Source of the DNA: Octopus sinensis
Taxonomy: Eukaryota
Assembly: GCF_006345805.1 (NCBI RefSeq)
Contig: NC_043014.1
Location: 23,374,001 to 23,438,000 of the forward strand
DNA: 64,000 nucleotides
Direction: 5' to 3'
Notes under the pieces: model-generated
The model's input: only the letters and a program-made list of their open reading frames with translations
Told to the model about the DNA's origin: nothing
Database searches by the model: none
In this document: positions 14,428 to 26,955 of the stretch, in pieces
How positions within the stretch are numbered: the first letter of the stretch is position 1
Layout of the letters: every line of letters starts with the position of its first letter
Made by a program: the position numbers and the translations under genes

Positions 14428-15591
14428 GTTTGTAATGTACCTTTTTAAAGCAGTTAAATTGGCTGTAGGTTGGAGATTAGATAGACTACCTGGCAATATT
14501 TGTTCCAATTCTCAATGCTCTAAGCTCAAATCCTGCTTCTGTTAAGATGTTGGTAAATAAAATAGCAGTCCATGATGGCAGATTGGTTGAATTATTAGAA
14601 TATTGGACAGGATACCTTGTGGCATCTCTCCTAGGACCCTGCATTTTAATAATAATGTCTCCAATGGCACTGGTGCTCAGTTGTTTTGGCTCTTGCCTCT
14701 TCTGGACATCTATGTCATAGACATATATGCATTGGCAATTGCTGGTCTACCATAACTAGAAAAAAAATTGGTTTGGTATATATCTTAGAATCATTCCTAG
14801 TGTGGAACCATGGTCTTATGAGATACATGGAGGCCTTAAAATGCATTTTGATTTTTTCATTTGTGTGGGGAGAGGTAGCATTTAAAGGTCCTGTTCAATC
14901 ATTTTGTCCTGGATTTTTCTTGACAATCTACTCCCCTCATAGCTTCATTTCACAGCCAACTTAACACTTCCATCTTCCATCCTGTTTTATCCATTCCCCT
15001 TACATGTTCTCTTGTGAACACAGTTTTCTCTCTGCTACTTACATCAGACAAGATCTTTGATGCTTTGTTACTTCCTTAGCTCACTTGTACTTGGACATGT
15101 TTGCATCTTTAAACATCCAGCCAGCTGTTCATCTTCAATTATCTATTTTGTAGCACAGTTGGTAAACAATAACATCTTTAGTTATACGTGACCAAAGAGA
15201 TGACCACTGGTCAGTGCATTTCTGACAGTGACAATCACAATGGAGAAACTCTGATAATTTAGTTTCTTGTTAATATTGATTTCCTTCATTATTATATAAC
15301 AGCAAAAGATACACACACACACACACACACATATCTATTCTTATACAAGAATATTGTTGACAGTGACTTCAAAAGCTTCAGGCAGCTAAGCCATCATTGG
15401 ACTGCCTAAATTTCAAAGACAAAATTTTGTGTCAACAGCATTCTTGTATAAGAAAAATAAATTTTGTACTCTGTAAAAGTAAAGAATAACCCATCAGATT
15501 AATGTAAAATTGCTTTTATTATAACTGAACATGAAAACAAACATAGACATGGCCTGGGGCTATACTGGTCGAAACCTATGAAAGTTATATA

Positions 15592-15910
15592 TATAATCAT
15601 TCAAAAGAAAATTAAGAAAATGGAGATATAGCATTTAATAAAAATTTATCATCTGCTAAAATCCAACATAGTCTCTTACAGCTGTTTCGATTAAACCTAA
15701 AGATTAAAATTGCAATTATTAAATCATTATATTAGGCAAAATCTCATCAGAAATTCTACCCCTCTGGTGAGATTTTGCCTAATATAATGATTTAATAATT
15801 ACTATTTTAATCTTTAGGTTTAATTGAAACAGCTGTAAGAGACTGTTGGATTTTTTTAAGATAATAAACTTTTATTAAATGTTATATCTCCATTTTCTTA
15901 AATTTCTTTT
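15592..15910. repeat. Inverted repeat with ~160-bp arms (PLE pLTR-like, head-to-head)
   Basis: 15592-15751 is the reverse complement of 15763-15910 plus 17447-17459. The right arm is split by a CR1 insertion. Confidence 0.9.
15672..15755 (-). ncRNA. Hammerhead motif with long AU-rich helix II (5' strand of helix I truncated)
   Basis: Minus strand: CUGAUGA-GAUU..CCUAA..UUAGG..AAUC-GAAA-CAGCUG-UA/AGAGAC, with palindromic helix III ACAGCUGU. The mirror copy on + at 15764-15842 has the core mutated to CUGGUGA. Confidence 0.65.
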
Positions 15911-17446
15911 AGTTAGTTAGTTAGTTAATTTGGCTCATAGCAAGGCCATGTAGGGGGACATGGAGTTAAGTACAGGGTGGTGTTTATGTAAAGAGTTCAG
16001 GCCACTTGAGGTCCAGGGAGGCTTTGAACAAAGCGGTCATCGGCATCTTCACCATCTCGTCTGGCAGCTTGTTCCACGGATCCGCAACCCGGACGGAGAA
16101 AGCTCCTCTCCTTCAATTGAGATGAAATCGTCGCAGGTAGAGCTTTTCGGAATGACCCCGCAGCCGACGCTCTGGAGCAGGAATGAAGAACAGCTCTTTC
16201 GAGAGGTTACACTTTCCGCTTATGATGTTGTGGGCGAGAATGAGATCACCACGGCGGCGGCGTTTTTCAAGAGAATAAAGGTCGAGCGTCCTCAGCCTTA
16301 CTTCGTAGAACAAATTTTTGAGACCATGAACCATGCGGGTAGCCAGCTTCTGGACTCTTTCGAGATGCTGTATGTCTTTGAGGAGATAAGGAGAAGAGGC
16401 TTGAATCCCATACTCCAATATGGGTCTCACCAGCGTGACATAGAGTGGTAGGAATATGGCTGCTGTGAGCATTCCGAATGACCGTTGAATCAAGAACAGA
16501 ATTCCGCGTGCTTTGTTTGCAGCATGGACGCACTGTGCCGAAGGCGAAAAGGAGGAATCCACCAAGATACCCAGGTCCTTTACCTGATCGGTCCTCTCCA
16601 GCAGCAGACGACCCGGCTCGAAATCAAGTTGAGTTGCAGGAGTAGAGCCGACAGGCAGATGACAGCACTTTGACACGTTCAGACACAGGTCCCAATCGTT
16701 AGACCACTTCCAAATTTGGTGGAGGCATCGACGAAGATCCTCTATATTACCGCGAGGAGCGACCAGTTTGATATCATCGGTAAATAGAAGGGCGTGTTGC
16801 GTGAGGTCGTCGGGCAAGTCATTTATGAAGACTAAAAACAACAAGGGCCCAAGCACTGAACCTTGAGGCACGCCACTGATCACATTGGAGACGTCGGACC
16901 GCGAACCATTAACTTGGACTTGGAAGGAGCGATCTGAGAGGAAGACACCAACCCATCATACAATATCCGGATGGAAACTATATGCTTGAAGCGTGACAAG
17001 TAATAGGCGGTGGTTTACCGAGTCAAAAGCTTTGGCAAAGTCCAATAAAACGATGTCAACAGCATCACTATCATCGAGGATGCGCGTCACCAATTCTTCC
17101 ATTACTAGTAAGTTAGTCAAGCATGATCTCTTCGGCACGAAGCCGTGTTGGGAATCAGAGATAGAGGCTGTGTTTAGGAGGTGGAGCATCATACTTTTCT
17201 TAAGGATGGTTTCGAACATCTTGCTGATTATTGATGTAAGGGAAACCGGTCGGTAGTTAAGCGGGTCTTCGCGGCTCCCTTGAAAATTGGGCAGATTATC
17301 GCTGTTCTCCAGTCTGCAGGTATAACACCCGTCGCCAATGACATATTGAATAGTCGTGTTAAGGGCTCGCAGATGACCGGAGCCAACGCTTTGATAACCC
17401 GTGGGTGTATGCCGTCAGGGCCGTGACCCTTGTTGACATCGAGGCC
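15911..17446 (-). mobile_element. CR1-group LINE, 5'-truncated RT fragment with (TAAC)n tail
   Basis: LDFAKAFDSVNH, SGVPQGSVLGPLLFLVFINDL, LFTDD, VKDLG and YVTLVRPILEY motifs. CpG-rich, so relatively young. Confidence 0.93.
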
Positions 17447-17591
17447 TTGAATGATTATAAACCATGAGTTATTTATGGACCTATTATTTTATAAATATTA
17501 TTATTATTTACATATGTTAGGTAATGAACCAGTAATTCATTGGATGTTACTATCCCTTAATGAAGCTAATTTAACCTCTAATTGAATTGTG

Positions 17592-17635
<44 letters not shown>

Positions 17636-18148
17636 GCAAAAATAAACTGAGGAAAATAACTCAAAGCAGCCAGCAGCATGAATCTGGAAAACAAAGGCAG
17701 AGAAAGATATACTTGATTTATTGAAATCCTCTTTACTTTGCAAAAATGATAAAATAGGTTAATAATCTGAAACAATCAACAGTTGTTTGAAATCAACAAG
17801 TTATCAAGATATATTGTCTATCATTCAAACAGATGGCTAAGATTTTTTGTTCATTACCTTTCTTTTATACCCTCTCTGCATTATTATATCAAGATTATTA
17901 ACCACCTACATGTCAGAGGTTATTCACTGAATCTTCCTAACAGGCCAAGGCTTGCTGACTATGTTTATATATAAGGGATTCATGTAATGCTTCCTTGTTA
18001 CTCTGCCAAAGATCCCACAGCATCCATAAATAAAATGAAGGACTCTCTTAAGGGAAGAGCATCTACATAGCTGCTCGACCAGTTAGAAATAGCTACCAAA
18101 TTACCTCAAACCACACTCTGCCATTTACAAGAGAAGGCACATTTTAAA

Positions 18149-18645
18149 ATTACATGGAAAGATGCGAGCATGAAAAATAATATTCTTAAGATTACAAACC
18201 TGGAAAAGTACAGGACAAGTTATTACACCTGTAAAAGTATAGGACAAGTAAAGAATAAGTAACTTTTTACTTAAAATATTGCAGCAAAGAATGCCAGTTC
18301 TTCTAATTTATCACTTTTACAGTTCTCATTTTTAAAATTTATTGTACAAAACTGTCCAGCTAATTTGTAAGTTTGTCTAATTAGTCTCTTTTTTCTGTAT
18401 TTAAGGTAGTAAATTAGCCAAATTCTACTTAAATAAATATAGTGTTATTTGTAAACTATGATAAAATAAGTTTTAATATTCAAATTTTAATTTTAGCTGC
18501 AATACTTTAAGTAAAAAGTTTCTTATTCTTTACTAGAAGAAATAGCTTGTCCTATACTTTTACAGGTGTAATAACTTGTCCTGTACTTTTCCACATTTAT
18601 AATCTTAAGAATATTATTTCTCATGCTCGCATTTTTCCATGTAAT
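18149..18645. repeat. Foldback or MITE-like inverted repeat, arms ~140-155 bp
   Basis: attacatggaaagatgcgagcatga...tattgcagc (18149-18285) matches gctgcaatac...tcatgctcgcatttttccatgtaat (18496-18645). Confidence 0.85.
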
Positions 18646-20503
18646 CCATGACTTTTTCAGATGTTGCTGTTATAAGATAATCAATAATGAGTCAATTAAT
18701 AATTTAAGATTTTACCTTATAAAATACTGAAAGATAATATTTCAATTTTTCCATTTAAGTGATGATAATATTTCAATTTTTTTCATGTTTAATTTCAATA
18801 TATGTTTTGATTGAATTATTTGATATTACCCATCTACGCCAAATTAATGGCAGGGATTTTTACCATATTGTTGGTTACACCAAGGCTCACCAAAAGTTAC
18901 AAACAACAAGACCCCAAAACCATCAGTTACCAGGCTCATCTTCAGTAACCTAATTTTGCAATATTAGGAGGTCACAGGAATTCATTCAATGACAAAAAAA
19001 ATTTCCAATGATTCCAAGATTGGTGGAGATCAGGGTACTTGATTCCACGCAAAAAATTAGATCACTTAGTGAAAATCGTGTGGGTGTTAATCTAGAAATT
19101 TACCATAATGTTGTTGTTATTTAGCCTCAAATCAACCCTGATTCTGCAAACCTATTATCAAAGACATTCCAGTCTTCAGCAAACCGTTTTTTTAGGGATA
19201 AATCTAGGATATTACATACAATAGCCATGTGATTTAGGTAGGGGGATACTTCGGCTGCTATTTTTAGCATGTCGAGCGACCAGTAGAAGCTCTTTCATTG
19301 GTTCAATTGCATGATGAGATTTTTTTACACATATATGTGTGTATATATATCATCAGCAGAAGTTAGAGAGTAAGTCAAAAGCTGAGAGTTTCATGTATTG
19401 GTACTTATCAAACATGAATTTGCCCATTGTCACTCTGTAACTTCTGATGAAATAATTTCTAAAATACAAAATTTTGTCAAAAACATTAAGAGTAAATCCT
19501 GTTCTACGTGACACAGTCTACCAGTATCGGAAGTTTGAAAGTGTTTAGTTTTAAAAAATTAATTAAATAATCTGTACATTAAAGTTGACCTTTTAAGCAT
19601 TTCGCCTGGTGCGCTAACGCTTCTGCCAGCTCGCCGACTTAGAATGTAAACATTCATTTTAGAAATATATTCTTTATTCTTATTGCTTAAGCGTTACTCC
19701 CTTACTTACTGACATTAAATTTCATAACAGTTTACCTCATAACTCTTTTTCTACTCATTTTTGTTCAATGTGACTAGCAATTCAGAATTCCTCATGCATT
19801 TTTCTATAATTTAAGCCTAAGAAAAGTATACTTTTAATTTAAAATTTAAAAATTTATGTTAATTGAAGATAAATCTCTGCCTTACTGCCACCCTTGAGGT
19901 CACAGATATTTTGACGTAACTTTTTTTCTACTGAACCAAATCTCAAACTATTTATGCCAAAGTGTAGCTGAAGAGGGTCCTCTTTAAAACAATTAACTGT
20001 TTGCAATTTAGTTGAGAACTGAATTAATGGTGAAGCTTGGAAGCTGCTGCGATTGATAAAATGGTGGACTTAAGAATATATTCAACCACTACCATGGTTG
20101 AATGATATAGTGTTAGATACTTCTAAAAACAAAGATAAGTTGATCGTTGTCTGTTATAGCTTTAATCATATTTCTGCAAAGTTAGTTCTAATCTATGCCT
20201 GAGTACTCTTAAAATCACAAATACCAGTAATATACTAAGAATGTGGAGAGGGAATTTGAGCAATTGCAGTTATCTTTCCCTACAAATTTATGGCCTTTTA
20301 TCTTTTACCTTTTACTTGTTTCAGTCATTAGACTGTGGCCATCTTGGAGCTCCACCTTGAGAAATTTTAGTCAAACTAATAGACCCCAGTGCTTATTTTC
20401 TTTTTAAGCTTGGTACTTATTCTATTGGTCCCTTTTGTTGAACAACTAAGTTACAGGGATGTAAACACACCAACACTGGTTGTCAAGTAGTAGCAGGGGA
20501 CAA

Positions 20504-20536
<33 letters not shown>

Positions 20537-21247
20537 CAACAGACTTCTTTCATTTTCCATGTACCAAATCCACTTACAAGACTTTGGTCAGCCTGAGGCT
20601 ATAGTAGAAGACATTTTCCCAATGTGCCACACAGTGGGACTGAACCTGGAACCATTTTATACATACCCATACCTGCACCTTGTACCAGTTAAGAGCCATT
20701 GCATTTTTGCCCATATCTTCAGTAATAATATTATCAAGTCATTCTTTAGCTGATATTTGCCCTTATATGTAAGCAAAGAAGAAACAAAATTTTTAGTACT
20801 TGAATACTGATATTGCAAGTTAGAGGTGTCAACCATCTGGACTAGCTAGGGTCATTGGGTACACTTTGTATATAACCAAACTAAATGCCAGTGACGAAAA
20901 GGTTCTCTTGAAATTGGCTCCAGAACACTAAAGAGCTAGCTGCTTGACACCATACAACCCTGATTAGGTTATACTGATATAAGAGATCTTTTAACTGATT
21001 AAGTATTGAAGTTACACCCACACACACATAGATGATATGCACCTAACTTACACTCATAAAAATGTGTTTGCATGTATGTGTGTAGACGCGCTGTTATTGC
21101 ATGAAACATGTACATTCACCACCACTACTTCCTATTACTTCTATCAGCATCAACAAACACACATACATATAAACTCGTGCATTTATGTGTATGCATGTAT
21201 ATGCATCAGTATGTGTGTGATGTGTGTATATATATATATATATATAA

Positions 21248-21286
<39 letters not shown>

Positions 21287-21314
21287 ACAATATACATATA
21301 TATGTGCACACACT

Positions 21315-21450
21315 TGCATGTACTTGTGGTGATGGTGAAGATAGGGTGAGTTTACTTTTTACAGATATTTATGCACACAATCATATATCTGCATAAATAT
21401 CTGTAAAAAGTAAACTCACCCTATCTTCACCATCACCACAAGTACATGCA
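21315..21450. repeat. Perfect 61-bp inverted repeat with 14-nt loop
   Basis: 21315-21375 is the exact reverse complement of 21390-21450. Confidence 0.95.
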
Positions 21451-21638
21451 CGCACACACACACACACACATGAATGTATAAGCACACATAAATTAGCTGT
21501 TGGTAAACACTGCATAGAAATAACTTTACCAATGTAGCTGTTGTATGTCTGTGTTTATGTTTTCCCCAGCCTTTCATCCTCATTCCTGTAGTTTCTTCCT
21601 TCTTGTTCTTGTTTCAGTGTTTATATATAGTTATATTT

Positions 21639-21787
21639 TAAGATACAGACAGATAAGGTAATAATTGATTTTCAAATGCAGAAACACTGATAGAACAGCA
21701 GAGACAGGATAAAATATCCAACCTGTCTCTACTGCTCTATCAGTGTTTCTGCATTTGAAAATCAATTATTACCTTATCTGTATCTTA
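21639..21787. repeat. Near-perfect ~60-bp inverted repeat with 13-nt loop
   Basis: 21649-21708 pairs with 21722-21781, with two mismatches. Confidence 0.92.
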
Positions 21788-22242
21788 CAATACATTTCTA
21801 AAACAAACATTAGTTTGTTTACATTTATAGTTATTTTTTGTTTTTTAATTTGCAAGTCTATGCCTTAGTACTGTGAAATATCTCAGCTGTGAAGCAACTT
21901 GGACAGTAGTATGATTTGGTATGATTAGTTAATAGTGGTGTGTTTGATAGGGTTGTGGCTATGCATGTGACACAGTATGGTGGTAGTAGTGATATTGGTA
22001 GTGATGGCAGTATTGGCGGTGGCAGCAGTGATGGTGGCGGTGGTGGTGGTGGTATTTTGTTGAAATCAGTCATAACTGGGTAAACCAATGACCAAATTCA
22101 TACCAGCTATGACTATGCAGGATATTGTCCAGTGTGTCTTTCCTGTTCTTGTTTAAGGTGTGATTTGAGAGAGTTTGGCTGCTACATTTAGCTGGCTGTG
22201 TAATCATATAAAGCTTCTTTATTGGCTGTGAACTTAGGGAGT

Positions 22243-22560
22243 GAAGGCACATGGCTTAGTGGTTAGGGTATTTGGCTCATGATCTTAAGGTTTTAAGTTC
22301 AACTCCCAGAGGCGTGTTGTGTCCTTGAGCAAGACACTTTATTCCATGTTGCTCTCATCCATTCAGCTGGCAAAAATGAGTTGTACCTATATTTCAAAGG
22401 GCTAGCCTTGTCACATTTTGTGTGATGCTGAATCTCCATGAGAAGTATGTTAAGAGTACACATGTCTGTGGAGTGATCAGCCACTTGTATGTTAATTTCA
22501 TGAGCAGGCTGTTCCATTGATCAGAACAACTGGAACTCTCATCATCATAGCCAATGGAAT
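22243..22560 (+). mobile_element. tRNA-derived SINE, family C (related head at about 28190-28390)
   Basis: A-box tggcttagtgg and B-box agttcaactcc, followed by tgtgtccttgagcaagacacttt. Confidence 0.7.
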
Positions 22561-25008
22561 GCTAGTTATTTTGAATTTTAGAGAAATTTGGTTGCAATTT
22601 CTAGCAGGTCATGTAACTATATATAGGCTGCCCTGCCATGGTCAACCATCTTTCATACACAATATAGTGTAGTTCTAGATGCAGTATGTATATTTCCTTT
22701 TTAACTCTTTAGCATTCAGTTTATTCTGAATTAGCTGTTATTTCTAACAGGCTAATATTCCTGTAGCCTTATTTCTAGACAACAGCTAGTCTCATCTATT
22801 CACTGTCACAACTGCATAAGATGACATACCCACAGTTGTTGGTCATAATCTCCTCTCATGGAGGTTTCATCCCTAAAAAGTAGATCAGCTTTTGAACATT
22901 GTCCTGATGGGCCACAGATCTTCTCAATTGTTCTGTATTATAAATGAAAAATTCAAGTGTGGTTGGTTCATTCATCAGTGGGGAAATGGAAGTTATTAAT
23001 CCTTGTATAACAAAGTCAAGATAATAGATAGGGAACAATACTGGATGATAAAAAAGACTGCACAGTTTCCATCTACCAAAACAACTCCTGTATTGCCTAG
23101 GGCAATATGGGACTGTGCAGTGGGATTGAACCCTGTTATATTAAGGCTTGTGAAAGGAACTTCTTAACTTTAGAGCTATAGAGACAGATGAGAAAGTTAA
23201 TGATGTTAATTGGCGGTGAAGAGTTTGTTGGTGAGGAGTAGGAGGAGAAAGAGAGAGTGAATGTGTGTGAGTTTGTGCCTGCAAGTGAGAGAGTAATGAT
23301 AGAGATTTATGTGCATAAGTGAGGGAGGAAAACCCATTCAAAGAATAATGTAAAGCTCCAAGGAAAATCTAAATAAAGGAGCTTCAAAGATCTACATTAC
23401 TGAGATCATATTAGAGACATTGGAGCGATATTTTACATTCCCTGCTATTTACAGTCAACAGTATCTGATTTCTTAAGTCCTGAGGCCTAGTTTCCAACAC
23501 CACCACCACCTCTACTCTATTCACCATACCAGTCTCTGTGTCACCCCATCCCACCATTTGATTACAGCCAGCTGAGTTATATATATATTAATGTAGTTTG
23601 CCTTGCAGATTAATCTAGAAATTTTATATTAGAATATTGGGAAGTGGGGTGCTTAGCTAGAGGCTAGCTTGCCCATTGGCTGATTGTTGGTAGTTGTATT
23701 GCTGGCCTTGTGTGTCTGTAAGTTACTTATTTATGAGTGTGCATGTGTGCATATATATATATGTATATAGTGTGTGTTATACAATTGGCTTATTCCACCA
23801 AACTAGTTGGATATGCTGATAGGAAAAATTTGAAATCAACTTAAATTTTACTATAAATTTCACTCTACCCACAGTACTGAGTCACCCCATTATTAAATGC
23901 TGTGCTTTAATTCTTTAACTGGCTTTAAAATTATAATCTTAATTTCACATTTAAATGTATATTTATTAAATGAGGCTTGCTTTCCAACCACATGGTTCCT
24001 GGTTCAGTCCTACTGCATGGCACCTTGGCCAAGTGTCTTCTACTATAGCCTTGGGCTGACCAAAGGCTTGTGAGTGGATTTGGTAGATAGAAACTGAAAG
24101 AAGGCCATCATGTGTATCTGTATGTATCTATGCTTGTTCCCCACCACACTTGACAACTGGTGTTGGTGTGTTTATATCCCCAAAATTTAGAAGTTCAGCA
24201 AAACAGAGAGATAGAATAAGTACCAGGCTTAAAAAAACTAAATTCTGAAGTAAAAAGTATTCAAAGTAGTGCCCCAGCATGACTGCAGTCTAATGACTGA
24301 AACAAGTAAAAGATAAATGATGCATGCACACATTCACTTATTCGTATATGTTTATATATGTATGCATGTGTGTGTGTGTGTGTGTTGTTTACATGTGAAA
24401 ACTACCGAGCTATAAACAGTAGCATTGTCGTCAATTTCCCTCTCAATAAATCATCCACTAGGTCCATGATTTTGATCACATATGGAATAAGAAACCCCTT
24501 AATTGGAAAGCAGGTATAGGTTAGTGACAAGATGAGCAGCCAGCTGTAAAACAATGCTTCAATAATATACGCTCATGTAACCTATCCTAGCTCGGAAAAT
24601 TGATACACTTACATACTTGTGTGTGTGTGTCATCATCATTTAACATCTGTTTTCCATACTGACTTGGGTTGGATGGTTTGACAGGAACTGGTATGGCCAG
24701 GAGCTGTACTAGGCTCCATTACCTATTTTTAACATGGTTTTTACACCTGGATGCCCTTCCTAATGCTAACCACTTTACAGAGTGTACTGGGTGTTTTTTA
24801 TGACACCATATATATATATATATATAATGTTACTGACCTTACCTATAATGGTGCCATGTAAAAAGCACTCAGTCCACTCTGCAGAGTGGTTGGTGTTAGA
24901 AAGGGCATCCAGCTGTAAAAACCCTGCCAAAACACACACAGTAGCTTGGAGTAGTCTTCTACCTGGCTGGCTCCTGTCATAGAAGACAGGCATTAAATGA
25001 TGATGATA

Positions 25009-25055
<47 letters not shown>

Positions 25056-25068
25056 GTATATATGTATA

Positions 25069-25460
25069 TATGAGGTGGTATCAGAAAGTTCCTGGACTAG
25101 TTATGTTTAATAAAATAATAACTTATTTTCCTCAGTTTTAACATCATCTCCTTTGGAATAGTCACTTTGAACAATAATACACCAGTCCTAGCATTCTTGC
25201 CACTTTTGGAATCTGACCTGAAAGTCGTTTTCTGTAAGCAGGTTGAGGACCTTCTGCAATTCGCTCTTGATCTTGACAATGGTGTTAAAACAGCGACCTT
25301 TGAGCTGCATTTTCATCTTGGGGAAGATATGGAAATCCACAGGTGCTAAACTTGGCAAATAGGGCAGGTACAGAAGTGATGCCATGTTGTTTTTGGTGAG
25401 AAACTCACATATGAGGAGAACTTGGTGAAAGGGTGCATTGTTGTCATGAAGAATCCATGT
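25069..25460 (-). mobile_element. Mariner 3' fragment
   Basis: PYLPSLAPVDFHIFPKMKMQLKGRCF (YSPDLAPxD motif); TIR-like end ta|tgaggtggtatcagaaagttcctggact. Confidence 0.8.
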
Positions 25461-25956
25461 TTATTCCATTATTTGACAGCTGTTTCATAATCTGTGTTAG
25501 TTACATAAATGACACTACATCATCCAACACACAAGTATAAATGAATATAAATATGAATATATATCTGCACCCATTTTATAATAATTTTTCTTGTCGTTGC
25601 ATCACTTAACCCATTGGTTACACTTTCACGTGATTAGAGAAAAAGGAGAGAGAGAAGCATCTATGACATGAGGTAGAGGGAATGTAACTGTAACACTTTC
25701 ACATGATTAGTTGACGGGAAAGAGAGAAGGAAAAAGGAGAGAAAAAGCAGATAAAGTGAAGAGTGAGACTGTTACTAAACTGTCCATTTTTCGTCTCTAT
25801 CCTTTGTTTTATATGCAACGTACACTGAAGATTTCCTGAGGTGGATCCAGCAACAATTGTGTAATTACTGTGGATGACACCAGATAGCCATAGACAGTGA
25901 ACACGCTTTATCAGCGTACTACCAGGATCATACATAACACTTAAATATTAACTTTT

Positions 25957-25979
25957 ATATATATATATATTTATATATA

Positions 25980-26071
<92 letters not shown>

Positions 26072-26091
26072 ATATATATATACATATATAC

Positions 26092-26122
<31 letters not shown>

Positions 26123-26135
26123 CATATATATATAC

Positions 26136-26182
<47 letters not shown>

Positions 26183-26189
26183 TATATAC

Positions 26190-26276
<87 letters not shown>

Positions 26277-26423
26277 TATAATATGTATATATATATGTAT
26301 ATATATATATGTGTATATATATATATGTATATATATATGTGTGTATATATGTATATATATATATGTGTATATATATATATGTGTATATATATATATGTAT
26401 ATATATATATATGTATATATATG

Positions 26424-26480
<57 letters not shown>

Positions 26481-26484
26481 TATA
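25957..26484. repeat. Long interrupted (TA)n microsatellite
   Basis: About 530 bp of TA, with CA interruptions in the left half and TG interruptions in the right half. Confidence 0.95.
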
Positions 26485-26489
26485 ATGTA

Positions 26490-26955
26490 GTGAGCAATGA
26501 TAGAGGATATTGAAAATGTGGAGATTTCCACCAAGATGGAGTACCCCAACACTACCATATTAATGTAAAAGCCTACCTTGATGAGATTTTACCAAAGAGA
26601 TGCATTGGATAGAGAGTTTCAGTAGCATATCTTCTGTACTACCACAAGACTCTTATGGAGATACTTAAAAGAAAGTTTACAGTACAAAACTGGCAACAGT
26701 CGACAAATTGTCAGCAGCCATTGAACAAGAAAGAATATGTTCCAATACTGAATGGAATGTTTCTTGATATTTGCAAATCCATTGCTTCGCATCATCAGTT
26801 GTGCCTGGACCAGAACAGGCATCAGTTTGAAAATAGGTGTTCGTTTTAAATTCTATCTGTAGATTGTATTAAATTTTGAAAATGCAATGTACTTTAATAA
26901 ACACTGATTTATATTCATTCAATGTGTGTGTACCCTTTTTGGAACATCCCGTGTA
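26490..26955 (+). mobile_element. Tc1/mariner DD41D (rosa-like) transposase 3' fragment with right TIR
   Basis: [29 protein letters not shown]...LWRYLK; ends ...ttttggaacatcccgtg|ta. Confidence 0.65.

Noticed and set aside
18385-18411. Polypyrimidine-AG|GTAGTA as a recursive splice site in the long intron
   Set aside because: Weak AAG acceptor and weak donor, located inside a repeat spacer; expected by chance in 44 kb.
22243-22320. tRNA-like sequences here and at 28190 and 41621
   Set aside because: They are SINE heads: the cloverleaf is degenerate and is followed by SINE body sequence.
25470-25530. Minus-strand GAAACAGCTGTC with palindromic helix III
   Set aside because: The upstream core reads GATGATG rather than CTGANGA. 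It may be a decayed hammerhead, but this cannot be supported.
25983-26558. YI-rich ORFs, and similar HT/SL/CV-rich ORFs elsewhere
   Set aside because: These are translations of dinucleotide microsatellites.
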